Assembly: GCA_002269645.1 (NCBI GenBank)
Contig: NIVC01000130.1
Location: 124,001-188,000 of the forward strand
Reading direction: 5' to 3'
Length of the DNA stretch: 64,000 nucleotides
Source of the DNA: Macrostomum lignano
Taxonomy: Eukaryota
Shown piece by piece: positions 22,252 through 34,200 of this stretch. The translations under genes were made by a program, and so were the position numbers. How positions within the stretch are numbered: the first letter of the stretch is position 1; the number at the start of each line of letters is the position of its first letter. The notes under the pieces were generated by a model. It saw nothing but the letters and a program-made list of their open reading frames with translations, was not told where the DNA came from and did not search any database.

Positions 22252-25200
22252 ATGGCAATGGATCCCGCAGTTGGCATTCTGGAGCCCCCTCCAGAGTTTG
22301 TGAACTCAGCACAGAGTCCCAACTCCATGCATCCTCAGCAGCTTATCAAGGGTCTTGCCAATGACCCTGGGAGCAATAGTTGCTTTCTTAATAGTGCAGT
22401 TCAGCTGCTCTGGCATCAGGAGCTTTTCCAGACAGGCCTGAACCAGCTGACCTCGCATCTGTGCAGCGGGCATCGCAGCTGCGTGTTCTGCGCGCTCAAG
22501 GTTTGTAAAATTGGCTGAGAAACTAGATAGATATATGCTATATAAGACAGATGTCTATAAGACAGTTCTGTAGATGTCTCTATAGAAGTCTATAATACAG
22601 TTTAGTGGGTGTCTATATATGTCTAGTAAAACAGTTCTGTAGATGTCTATAAATGTTTAGAAGACAATTCAGTAGGTGTCTAATAGATGTCTATATGGCA
22701 GTTCAGTAGGTATCTATAAATGTCCATAGGACATTTTAGCAAGTGTCTATAGATATCAATAGAAGGTTTGTCAATGAATGTCTATAGATGTCTAGTAGAC
22801 AGTTCAATGAATGTCTGTAGATGTCTAGTAGAGAGTTCAATGAATGTCTATAGATGTCTAGTGGACAGTTCTATGAATGTCTATAGATGTCTAGTAGACA
22901 GTTCTATGAATATCTATAGATGTCTAGTAGACAGTTCTATGAATGTCTATAGATGTCTAGTAGACAGTTCTATGAATGTCTATAGATGTTTATAGAAGAC
23001 AGGTCATTAGATGCTTAGAAAAAAATACTTCAGTAAATATCTAGAAAATAAGTCTATAGATGTTTATCGATTCTAGAAGTATCTATAAGACCACGTCACT
23101 CTGCCGTGCATACAGCAACCAGCCTCCATCCCCACTGCCAGGTGGTGTTCACTCAGCTCCGGTTCAGCGACCGGCCAACCTTAGACGCCGGTGTTCTTCG
23201 TTCCGCTTTAGCCGCCCAATTCTCGGACAGATTTCAACTCGGCGAAATGGACGACAGCGCGGAATGCTTGGAACAGATTCTCGGCCGGTTGCACTTTCAT
23301 CTTGTCCGGCAGCAGCAGCCGCAACAGCAGTGCACAGCTGGCCATTGCATCACCCACCGCCGGTTCGGCATGGACATTCAAGAGGAGCGGGCCTGTCCGA
23401 GATGCGGTTTCGTCCAGCCGGGTCCCAGGTTCACTCAGCTGACTCACTACGCGTCAGCGGGAGCGCTGCTCTCCCAGCTCCGGCACATGGGCATCGGCAG
23501 GGCCAACCCCAGTCCTGATGTGTTCGGCCTCGGTTTAAGAAAAGTGGCCGGAGCGGGCGATCTGAGAGCGTGTCCGAAATGCGGCGGCGGCGGAGGCGGC
23601 GGCTGTTTGTTACTTCGTCGGAAACTGTTGTCTAGACCGGATCTACTTTGCCTGGGACTGGTCTGGGACTCGGACAGGCCTAGCGGAGCGGACTTGGGCG
23701 ATTTGTTGGCTAATGTTGGATCAACTGTTACTTTTGGACAGGTGAGTGCGCGATTCGAGTCCGCTTTGGGTTTATGATGGAGTTTCTGTGGGGATTTATG
23801 ATGGAGTTTCTATGGGGATTTGGGATGGAGTTTCTATGGGGATTTGGGATGGAGTTTCTATGGGGATTTACGATGGAGTTTCTGTGGGGATTTGGGATGG
23901 AGTTTCTATGGGGATTTGGGATGGAGTTTCTATGGGGATTTGGGATGGAGTTTCTATGGGGATTTGGGATGGAGTTTCTATGGGGATTTGGGATGGAGTT
24001 TCTATGGGGATTTGGGATGGAGTTTCTATGGGGATTTATGATGGAGTTTCTATGGGGATTTGGGATGGGGTTTCTATGGGGATTTGGGATGGAGTTTCTA
24101 TGGGGATTTACGATGGAGTTTCTGTGGGGATTTGGGATGGAGTTTCTATGGGGATTTGGGATGGAGTTTCTATGGGGATTTATGATGGAGTTTCTATGGG
24201 GATTTGGGATGGGGTTTCTATGGGGATTTGGGATGGAGTTTCTATGGGGATTTATGATGGAGTTTCTATGGGGATTTGGGATGGGGTTTCTATGGGGATT
24301 TGGGATGGAGTTTCTATGGGGATTTACGATGGAGTTTCTGTGGGGATTTGGGATGGAGTTTCTATGGGGATTTGGGATGGAGTTTCTATGGGGATTTGGG
24401 ATGGAGTTTCTATGGGGATTTGGGATGGAGTTTCTATGGGGATTTGGGATGGAGTTTCTATGGGGATTTACGATGGAGTTTCTGTGGGGATTTGGGATGG
24501 AGTTTCTATGGGGATTTGGGATGGAGTTTCTATGGGGATTTGGGATGGAGTTTCTATGGGGATTTGGGATGGAGTTTCTATGGGGATTTGGGATGGAGTT
24601 TCTATGGGGATTTAGGATGGAGTTTCTATGGGGATTTTTGCTGGAGTTTCTATAGGGATTTGGGATGGAGTTTCTATAGGGATTTAGGATGGAGTTTCTA
24701 TGGGGATTTATGATGGAGTTTCTATGGGGATTTGGGATGGGGTTTCTATGGGGATTTGGGATGGAGTTTCTATGGGGATTTACGATGGAGTTTCTGTGGG
24801 GATTTGGGATGGAGTTTCTATGGGGATTTGGGATGGAGTTTCTATGGGGATTTATGATGGAGTTTCTATGGGGATTTGGGATGGGGTTTCTATGGGGATT
24901 TGGGATGGAGTTTCTATGGGGATTTATGATGGAGTTTCTATGGGGATTTGGGATGGGGTTTCTATGGGGATTTGGGATGGAGTTTCTATGGGGATTTACG
25001 ATGGAGTTTCTGTGGGGATTTGGGATGGAGTTTCTATGGGGATTTGGGATGGAGTTTCTATGGGGATTTATGATGGAGTTTCTATGGGGATTTGGGATGG
25101 GGTTTCTATGGGGATTTGGGATGGAGTTTCTATGGGGATTTACGATGGAGTTTCTGTGGGGATTTGGGATGGAGTTTCTATGGGGATTTGGGATGGAGTT

Positions 25201-28200
25201 TCTATGGGGATTTGGGATGGAGTTTCTATGGGGATTTGGGATGGAGTTTCTATGGGGATTTGGGATGGAGTTTCTATGGGGATTTACGATGGAGTTTCTG
25301 TGGGGATTTGGGATGGAGTTTCTATGGGGATTTGGGATGGAGTTTCTATGGGGATTTGGGATGGAGTTTCTATGGGGATTTGGGATGGAGTTTCTATGGG
25401 GATTTGGGATGGAGTTTCTATGGGGATTTGGGATGGAGTTTCTATGGGGATTTAGGATGGAGTTTCTATGGGGATTTTTGCTGGAGTTTCTATAGGGATT
25501 TGGGATGGAGTTTCTATAGGGATTTAGGATGGAGTTTCTATGGGGATTTGGGATGGAGTTTCTATGGGGATTAGACATGTAGTTTTTCCTATGAAATTGG
25601 GATTCTTTCAAGAAGTTTTTAGCTTGATAATATATTGTGTATATAGAGTTGATATTTAAAAGCACACAATATTATAACATTTTGGGATAAAGGGTCTTAA
25701 GAGTTTTCTGACACATATATGGGCAGAATTGTCCTTAGAAATTTGTCATTTTAATCGATTTATCTTCTTTTATTTCTAAACCGTCAACTGAAACCGCTAG
25801 GCAAATACAACCGACTATTTTTGGCTCTAGAAATAGAGGGGAGAATTAGTCTTGAAAAAATGGCGAATGGAAATTGAAAGTACTTCAACTTAATTTCACA
25901 AATTTAACTTGCTAACTAACTATCGGCTTTAGTTGCAATATTCTCGTTAATTTTAATTTCACCTGAGAGATTAGGAAATAAAGAATCTAGATAAGGATTA
26001 TAGGGGCTCTTAAGGTAATTGTTGACTTGGACTTTTTTGATAGTCAGTCCTAATTTTATGACTCCGGAAGCTTATGGGCTGTTTCATTCTCTTCTCTACC
26101 CTGTCTGTGCTGTCAATCAGACCCGAGTAGCCTGGGGTACAGTTCTGTTCTAGACCTGGTCATTGTTCTTCTCTTCCTCGCTCACTCGCCCCATACACCT
26201 TACCGGTCGGTTGCTGGGCTCTAATTATTAGTGTTCATAATATATTTTTACACGCGTATGTACTTTTGCCTCTGAAGTTAAGAGAGCGCGGATGGAGGTA
26301 GGTGGAGGAGAGAGCGGAAGGATGCAGTGGAGAGAGCGGAAGGATGCAGTGGAGAGAGCGGAAGGATGCAGTGGAGAGAGCGGAAGGATGCAGTGGAGAG
26401 AGCGGAAGGAGGTAGAGGAGAGGGCGGAAGGAGGTAGAGGAGAGAGCGGAAGGAGGTAGAGAAGAGAGCGGAAGGAAGTAGAGGAGAGGGCGGAAGGAGG
26501 TAGAGGAGAGAGCGGAAGGAGGTAGAGGAGAGAGCGGAAGGAGGTAGAGGAGAAGGCGGAAGGAGGTAGAGGGGAGAGCGGAAGGAGGAAGCGGAGAGAG
26601 CGGAAGGATGTAGCGGAGAGAGCGGAAGGATGTAGCGGAGAGAGCGGAAGGAGGGAGCGGAGAGAGTGGAAGGAGGGGGCGGAGAGAGTGGAAGGAGGGA
26701 GCGGAGAGAGCGGAAGGATGTAGCGGAGAGAGCGGAAGGAGGGAGCGGAGAGAGCGGAAGGAGGGAGCGGAGAGAGCGGAAGGAGGGAGCGGAGAGAGTG
26801 GAAGGAGGGGGCGGAGAGAGTGGAAGGAGGGGGCGGAGAGAGTGGAAGGAGGGAGCGGAGAGAGCGGAAGGATGTAGCGGAGAGAGCGGAAGGAGGGAGC
26901 GGAGAGAGCGGAAGGAGGGAGCGGAGAGAGTGAAAGGAGGGGGCGGAGAGAGTGGAAGGAGGGGGCGGAGAGAGTGGAAGGAGGGAGCGGAGAGAGCGGA
27001 AGGATGTAGCGGAGAGAGCGGAAGGAGGGAGCGGAGAGAGCGGAAGGAGGTAGCGGAGAGAGTGGAAGGAGGGGGCGGAGAGAGTGGAAGGAGGGAGCGG
27101 AGAGAGCGGAAGGATGTAGCGGAGAGAGCGGAAGGGGGGAGCGGAGAGAGCGGAAGGAGGGAGCGGAGAGAGCGGAAGGAGGGAGCGGAGAGAGTGGAAG
27201 GAGGGGGTGGAGAGAGTGGAAGGAGGGAGCGGAGAGAGCGGAAGGATGTAGCGGAAAGAGCGGAAGGAGGGAGCGGAGAGAGCGGAAGGAGGGAGCGGAG
27301 AGAGCGGAAGGAGGGGGCGGAGAGAGTGGAAGGAGGGAGCGGAGAGAGCGGAAGGATGTAGCGGAGAGAGCGGAAGGAGGGAGCGGAGAGAGCGGAAGGA
27401 GGTAGCGGAGAGAGTGGAAGGAGGGGGCGGAGAGAGTGGAAGGAGGGAGCGGAGAGAGCGGAAGGATGTAGCGGAGAGAGCGGAAGGGGGGGAGCGGAGA
27501 GAGCGGAAGGAGGGAGCGGAGAGAGCGGAAGGAGGGAGCGGAGAGAGTGGAAGGAGGGGGTGGAGAGAGTGGAAGGAGGGAGCGGAGAGAGCGGAAGGAT
27601 GTAGCGGAAAGAGCGGAAGGAGGGAGCGGAGAGAGTGAAAGGAGGGGGCGGAGAGAGTGGAAGGAGGGGGCGGAGAGAGTGGAAGGAGGGAGCGGAGAGA
27701 GCGGAAGGATGTAGCGGAGACAGCGGAAGGAGGGAGCGGAGAGAGCGGAAGGAGGGAGCGGAGAGAGTGGAAGGAGGGGGCGGAGAGAGTGGAAGGAGGG
27801 AGCGGAGAGAGCGGAAGGATGTAGCGGAGAGAGCGGAAGGAGGGAGCGGAGAGAGCGGAAGGAGGGAGCGGAGAGAGTGGAAGGAGGGGGCGGAGAGAGT
27901 GGAAGGAGGGAGCGGAGAGAGCGGAAGGATGTAGCGGAGAGAGCGGAAGGAGGGAGCGGAGAGAGCGGAAGGAGGTAGCGGAGAGAGCGGAAGGAGGTAG
28001 AGGAGAGAGCGGAAAAAGGGAGCGGAGAGAGCGGAAGGAGATAGAGTAGAAAGTGTGGAAATGGAGATGCAATTCTACATCGATACAACATTTTCGGTGT
28101 TTGATGGACAACATGGACTCTGAAGCAGCACATCAGCTCTTAGCCAGGCAGTTATACATTATTTGCAGAGCTCGCATCATCATATATCTGTACATATCTA

Positions 28201-31200
28201 TCTACCTATCTATTTGTGCCTAATTGATTATTTGAATGCAGCATCTCAGCTTCATCAAATTTCCATTCAATCTAGGGGGGTGTCAAATTTCACCATAGTG
28301 GCTGGGGTAGTTTGACCATGTACTTTAAACTAAAATGCGCATTATAACTAATTGTTTTTTCTACTCTCTCATGCTAGATGCAGCTCGGCAACTGCAAAAT
28401 ACTGCAGATAAAAGTCTGTGGTATTATTTCTCAGCCTGTGCTCTGCTCTAGGTGGGGAAAATGAAAAATAGCTGAAGTACTTTCTCTTATATGCATCTCT
28501 CCGACTCTCTCTATGACCGTCCTCCCACGGAATTCTTATACTTTTTCTTGCGACCCTATTGAACAGATTAGTATTAGTTCTTTGTTCGGCTTCTTTCAAC
28601 TGCTAGCAACTGCTCCCCCTTCTCACCTTGCTTGCTTCCCGCCTTCCTCTTTTCCGGCGTGAATGCAAAAGAATTTTATAAGCTAGAAAGAAAAAAAAAC
28701 TACCCGAAAGTTCTAGCGTATTACAGTCAGAATGCTTTGCGTTCAAGTTCCTGGTAGCTTCTTCCATCCTTTTTTACTCTCTTTGTCTGTGTCTGTCGGT
28801 TCCTTCCTCACTGTCTGTCTTTCTGTCCCCCCCTTGGTGTCTGTGTATCCCCTTCCTGTCTGTCTCTGTCTGTCTGTGTCTCCCCTTTCCTCCATGCCTG
28901 TCTGTCTCTGTCTCCCCTTTCCTCCATGTCTGTCTGTCTGTGTCTCACCTTTCCTCCCTGTCTGTCTGTCTGTGTCTCCCCTTTCCTCCCTGTCTGTCTG
29001 TCTGTGTCTCCCCTTTCCTCCCCGTCTGTCTGTCTGTGTCTCCCCTTTCCTCCCTGTCTGTCTGTCTGTGTCTCCCCTTTCTTCCCCGCCTGTCTTTCTG
29101 TGTCTCCCCTTTCCTCCCCGTCTGTCTGTCTGTGTCTCCCCTTTCCTCCCCGTCTGTCTGTGTCTCCCTTTTCCTCCCTGTCTGTCTGGCTGTGTCTCCC
29201 CTTTCCTCCATGCCTGTCTGTCTGTGTCTCCCCTTTCCTCCCCGTCTGTCTGTCTGTGTCTCCCCTTTCCTCCCTGTCTGTCTGTCTGTGTCTCCCCTTT
29301 CTTCCCCGCCTGTCTTTCTGTGTCTCCCCTTTCCTCCCCGTCTGTCTGTCTGTGTCTCCCCTTTCCTCCCCGTCTGTCTGTGTCTCCCCTTTCCTCCCCG
29401 TCTGTCTGTGTCTCCCTTTTCCTCCCTGTCTATCTGGCTGCTAAACTCCCAAGCCAAAACCCCTAAAGTTTACCCACCGCTCAGAAGAGAGAGATGCAGA
29501 TTGGGGCCAGCCAGTCGTAGCCTGGACCAAGAGTTGCTAAGGCCTTTGAATCAACCCCCCCCCCTAAACACTGTGGCCCTTCCTAAACTTTGGTTAGAAG
29601 AGGATTATTGCTGTATTGTGCAGTCTGGTGCAGGAGTGGGAGGTGAGGTGGTGCGCGTCTGCGGGGCTTATAGGGTCAACTCCCTTCCCATTTTGCTCCC
29701 AGTTTACCACGCGTGCGCCAAGTGACTCATTCACACACACATACGTCACTTTATATTACTAACTGAATTTTATATTTTTATGGCTCACTAAAATACTAAT
29801 CTAGTAAATTATTAGCAACGCTTCCTAATTTTTCGGTCATTAATGAACTTTTGATCATAAACTAGTGTTACTATGCTAGACAACTAGTGTGTGTTTTTTG
29901 CCAGCTACTGTTAATTCCAAACTGTATGGTTTAGTAACTATACGTTCTTAAACGTTATGCTACATATGCATAGTCCACATACACTTTCAGGCTGGTCCGC
30001 TTGAGAGGGCGTCCAGCAGACATAGGCAGCAGAGACAAAGAGTGTTCTTTTTATAGTAGAGTGCTGATTAGTTCCAGATGGAAAGCATAGTGTTGGTATT
30101 TTATAAGTGAATAGGAATTATGAATCATCTATGAATATGAGCTTCGGGACTTCTACGCTCGTACATAGGAGGTGGTTTATGAAGTGACACACAAGACAGA
30201 CTGGGGAATGTGAAGATCTGGGGTTTATGAAGTGAGACACAAGACAGACTGCGGAATGTGAAGATCTGGGGTTTATGAAGTGAGACACAAGACAGGCTGG
30301 GGAATGTAAAGATCTGGGGTTTATGAAGTGACACACAAGGCAAACTGGGGAATGTGAAGATCTGGGGTTATGAAGTGAGACACAAGACAGGCTGGGGAAT
30401 GTGAAGATCTGGGGTTTATGAAGTGACACACAAGGCAAACTGGGGAATGTGAAGATCTGGGGTTATGAAGTGACACACAAGGCAAACTGGGGAATGTGAA
30501 GATCTGGGGTTATGAAGTGAGACACAAGACAGGCTGGGGAATGTAAAGATCTGGGGTTTATGAAGTGACACACAAGGCAAACTGGGGAATGTGAAGATCT
30601 GGGGTTTATGAAGTGACACACAAGACAGGCTGGGGAATGTAAAGATCTGGGGTTTATGAAGTGACACACAAGACAGGCTGGGGAATGTAAAGATCTGGGG
30701 TTTATGAAGTGAGACACAAGACAGGCTGGGGAATGTAAAGATCTGGGGTTTATGAAGTGACACACAAGGCAAACTGGGGAATGTGAAGATCTGGGGTTAT
30801 GAAGTGACACACAAGGCAAACTGGGGAATGTGAAGATCTGGGGTTATGAAGTGAGACACAAGACAGGCTGGGGAATGTAAAGATCTGGGGTTTATGAAGT
30901 GACACACAAGGCAAACTGGGGAATGTGAAGATCTGGGGTTTATGAAGTGACCCACAAGACAGGCTGGAGAATGTGAAGATCTGGGGTTTATGAAGTGACA
31001 CACAAGGCAAACTGGGGAATGTGAAGATCTGGGGTTTATGAAGTGACACACAAGACAGGCTGGGGAATGTAAAGATCTGGGGTTTATGAAGTGAGACACA
31101 AGACAGGCTGGGGAATGTAAAGATCTGGGGTTTATGAAGTGAGACACAAGACAGGCTGGGGAATGTAAAGATCTGGGGTTTATGAAGTGACACACAAGGC

Positions 31201-34200
31201 AAACTGGGGAATGTGAAGATCTGGGGTTATGAAGTGACACACAAGGCAAACTGGGGAATGTGAAGATCTGGGGTTATGAAGTGAGACACAAGACAGGCTG
31301 GGGAATGTAAAGATCTGGGGTTTATGAAGTGACACACAAGGCAAACTGGGGAATGTGAAGATCTGGGGTTTATGAAGTGACCCACAAGACAGGCTGGAGA
31401 ATGTGAAGATCTGGGGTTTATGAAGTGACACACAAGGCAAACTGGGGAATGTGAAGATCTGGGGTTTATGAAGTGACACACAAGACAGGCTGGGGAATGT
31501 AAAGATCTGGGGTTTATGAAGTGACACACAAGACAGGCTGGAGAATGTGAAGATCTGGGGTTTATGAAGTGACACACAAGACAGGCTGGAGAATGTGAAG
31601 ATCTGGGGTTTATGAAGTGACACACAAGACAGGCTGGGGAATGTGAAGATCTGGGGTTTATGAAGTGACACACAAGACAGGCTGGAGAATGTGAAGATCT
31701 GGGGTTTATGAAGTGACACACAAGACAGGCTGGAGAATGTAAAGATCTGGGGTTTATGAAGTGACACACAAGACAGGCTGGAGAATGTGAAGATCTGGGG
31801 TTTATGAAGTGACACACAAGACAGGCTGGAGAATGTGAAGATCTGGGGTTTATGAAGTGACACACAAGACAGGCTGGGGAATGTGAAGATCTGGGGTTTA
31901 TGAAGTGACACACAAGACAGGCTGGAGAATGTGAAGATCTGGGGTTTATGAAGTGACACACAAGACAGGCTGGAGAATGTGAAGATCTGGGGTTTATGAA
32001 GTGACACACAAGACAGGCTGGAGAATGTGAAGATCTGGGATTTATGAAGTGACACACAAGACAGGCTGGGGAATGTGAAGATCTGGGGTTTATGAAGTGA
32101 CACACAAGACAGGCTGGAGAATGTGAAGATCTGGGGTTTATGAAGTGACACACAAGACAGGCTGGGGAATGTAAAGATCTGGGGTTTATGAAGTGACCCA
32201 CAAGACAGACTGGGGAATGTGAAGATCTGGGGTTTATGAAGTGACACACAAGACAGGCTGGGGAATGTAAAGATCTGGGGTTTATGAAAAGCCCTATAAA
32301 AAAGAAAAATAATTTGATATCTTGAAAAGAGCCGCATTTAAAAAGCACACAGAAGTACGAGTATCTAACCAAGTTTGAGTGGCCTTGGAAGCTACTCGTT
32401 ACTATCGGAGCAAGGACTAGCGGACACGAGCCGTTAAAGATAAACCGTACCGACTGACTCCCAGACCATGACAGCAATAGAACAGAAAATAGATGTCTGT
32501 CAATAGATGTAGTGGCCACCAAATATAGATCTGCATCAATGCAGATTTTTGTCTGATTCGCATACTATGATTACATCGCTTGAAGTACTGATAATAATAA
32601 TAATAATATTCGTCTCATGCACCTATTGACGTGGTCCTAACATTGTTTAGCCTACTTTACCCTATATGACAGTGCAGAACTCTCTCTCTCTCTTTCTCTC
32701 TAGCTTCATCTTCTCTCAGTCTCCATTCGCCGTATCGACTTACATTCATGGCGTAGAGAGAAGACCTGGGGGCGGGGGTAACGTAGAGACGCATTATAGA
32801 AACTGCATCACTGCACACGAAATGACAACAGAGAATGAGATTGGCTCTTTATATGTCTCTGCTTTGGAGTTATAATAGTTCTCACGCTTTTCCCCTCTCT
32901 CTCTTCATCTCTGTCTCAGCCTTCTCAAGTAATTAAGTTTGCCAACCTGGAGGGGGAGTGGGTGGGTAGGCTAACTAGTATGTTTTTATACAGCACACTG
33001 AGCACAGCGCAGTCTCTGTAAGACATGTAGTACGAAAAACTGAAGCTGGATTAAACGAATGACAGCTCTGCCCAGCTTGTGTCTTGTTTTTCGCTGTGTG
33101 TGTTTTAAGACAACTTTGATAACTCTCATTGTTTTTCTTCTTCTACAATGTTTTTAAACAAGGATTGATATCAGTGTTCAGTCAGGACTGATTGCGATTG
33201 ATATTTTGGGGGGGGGGCTTCTCACGATTAATATTAGGGGGGGGGGTCTCACTATTGATATCTTAAGAGAATTTATCACGATTGATATTTGGGGAATTTC
33301 TCACGATTGATATTTTTTAGGGGACTTCTCACGATGGATATTTTGGGGGGGACTTCTCACGATTGATATTTTGGGGGGACTTCTCACGATGGATATTTTG
33401 GGGGGGGACTTCTCACGATTGATATTTTGGGGGGACTTCTCACGATTGATATTTTGGGGGGACTTCTCACGATTGATATTTTGGGGGGGGGACTTCTCAC
33501 GATTGATATTTTGGGGGGGGGACTTCTCACGATTGATATTTTTGGGGAGGACTTCTCACGATTGATATTTTTGGGGGGGGGACTTCTCACGATTGATATT
33601 TTGGGGGGGGTATTTTTCATGATTGATATCTTGGGGGGGGAATTTCTCGCACTTGCCTGATACTCCACTCCGGGAAATCCCTCTCCAAAAGAGACCTGGT
33701 TAGAGGTGCCAGTACTTCGTACTCACAGGGCCTAGAAAACGGGCGAAAGTGTTAGCGATAAAGCCAGTGCATGGCGGCATTGTTAGTGTTTTTATTTAAT
33801 TAGTACAAGAGCCGAAGCCAAACACTGACGGAGGGAAGGGCAGTGGGGAACGGTTTGTTTTAAACCCATTAAACCTATTGTTAGCTCAGCTAACTTTCTA
33901 TCTGCTCATCTAAAGCTTACCTTTATAACATTACTAACTAATATGTTGAAGTTACCGTAGTCCCTGAACTCAGAGTCCAACTCTCTCGCGCGGTGAACCT
34001 TTGATGCGCACGAGTTGTCGTGAAATTCACAGCCGTGAGAGCCATGGTGGCCGCAGCCCTCCTGCATTAGGTGTCGCCACGTGACTCAGTTTTTAGTTGT
34101 AATAATTTTAATTGCAACTTCTCCTTGTGTAAATTTAATGAGCCAATTAAATTAAGAGATTGAACTAATTAGACTGCCTGCATTAGGGTTAGGGGGCAGG

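Noticed and set aside
23728-25665. 645-aa (NPHRNSIP)n ORF and overlapping ORFs on both strands
   Set aside because: Translation of a stop-free 24-bp unit inside a GT-AG intron; several frames are open at once.
26228-32522. Long Pro/Ser/Leu-rich, Arg/Glu-rich and Cys-rich ORFs
   Set aside because: Artefacts of the 22-bp, CT-rich and 48-bp arrays in USP54-like intron 2.
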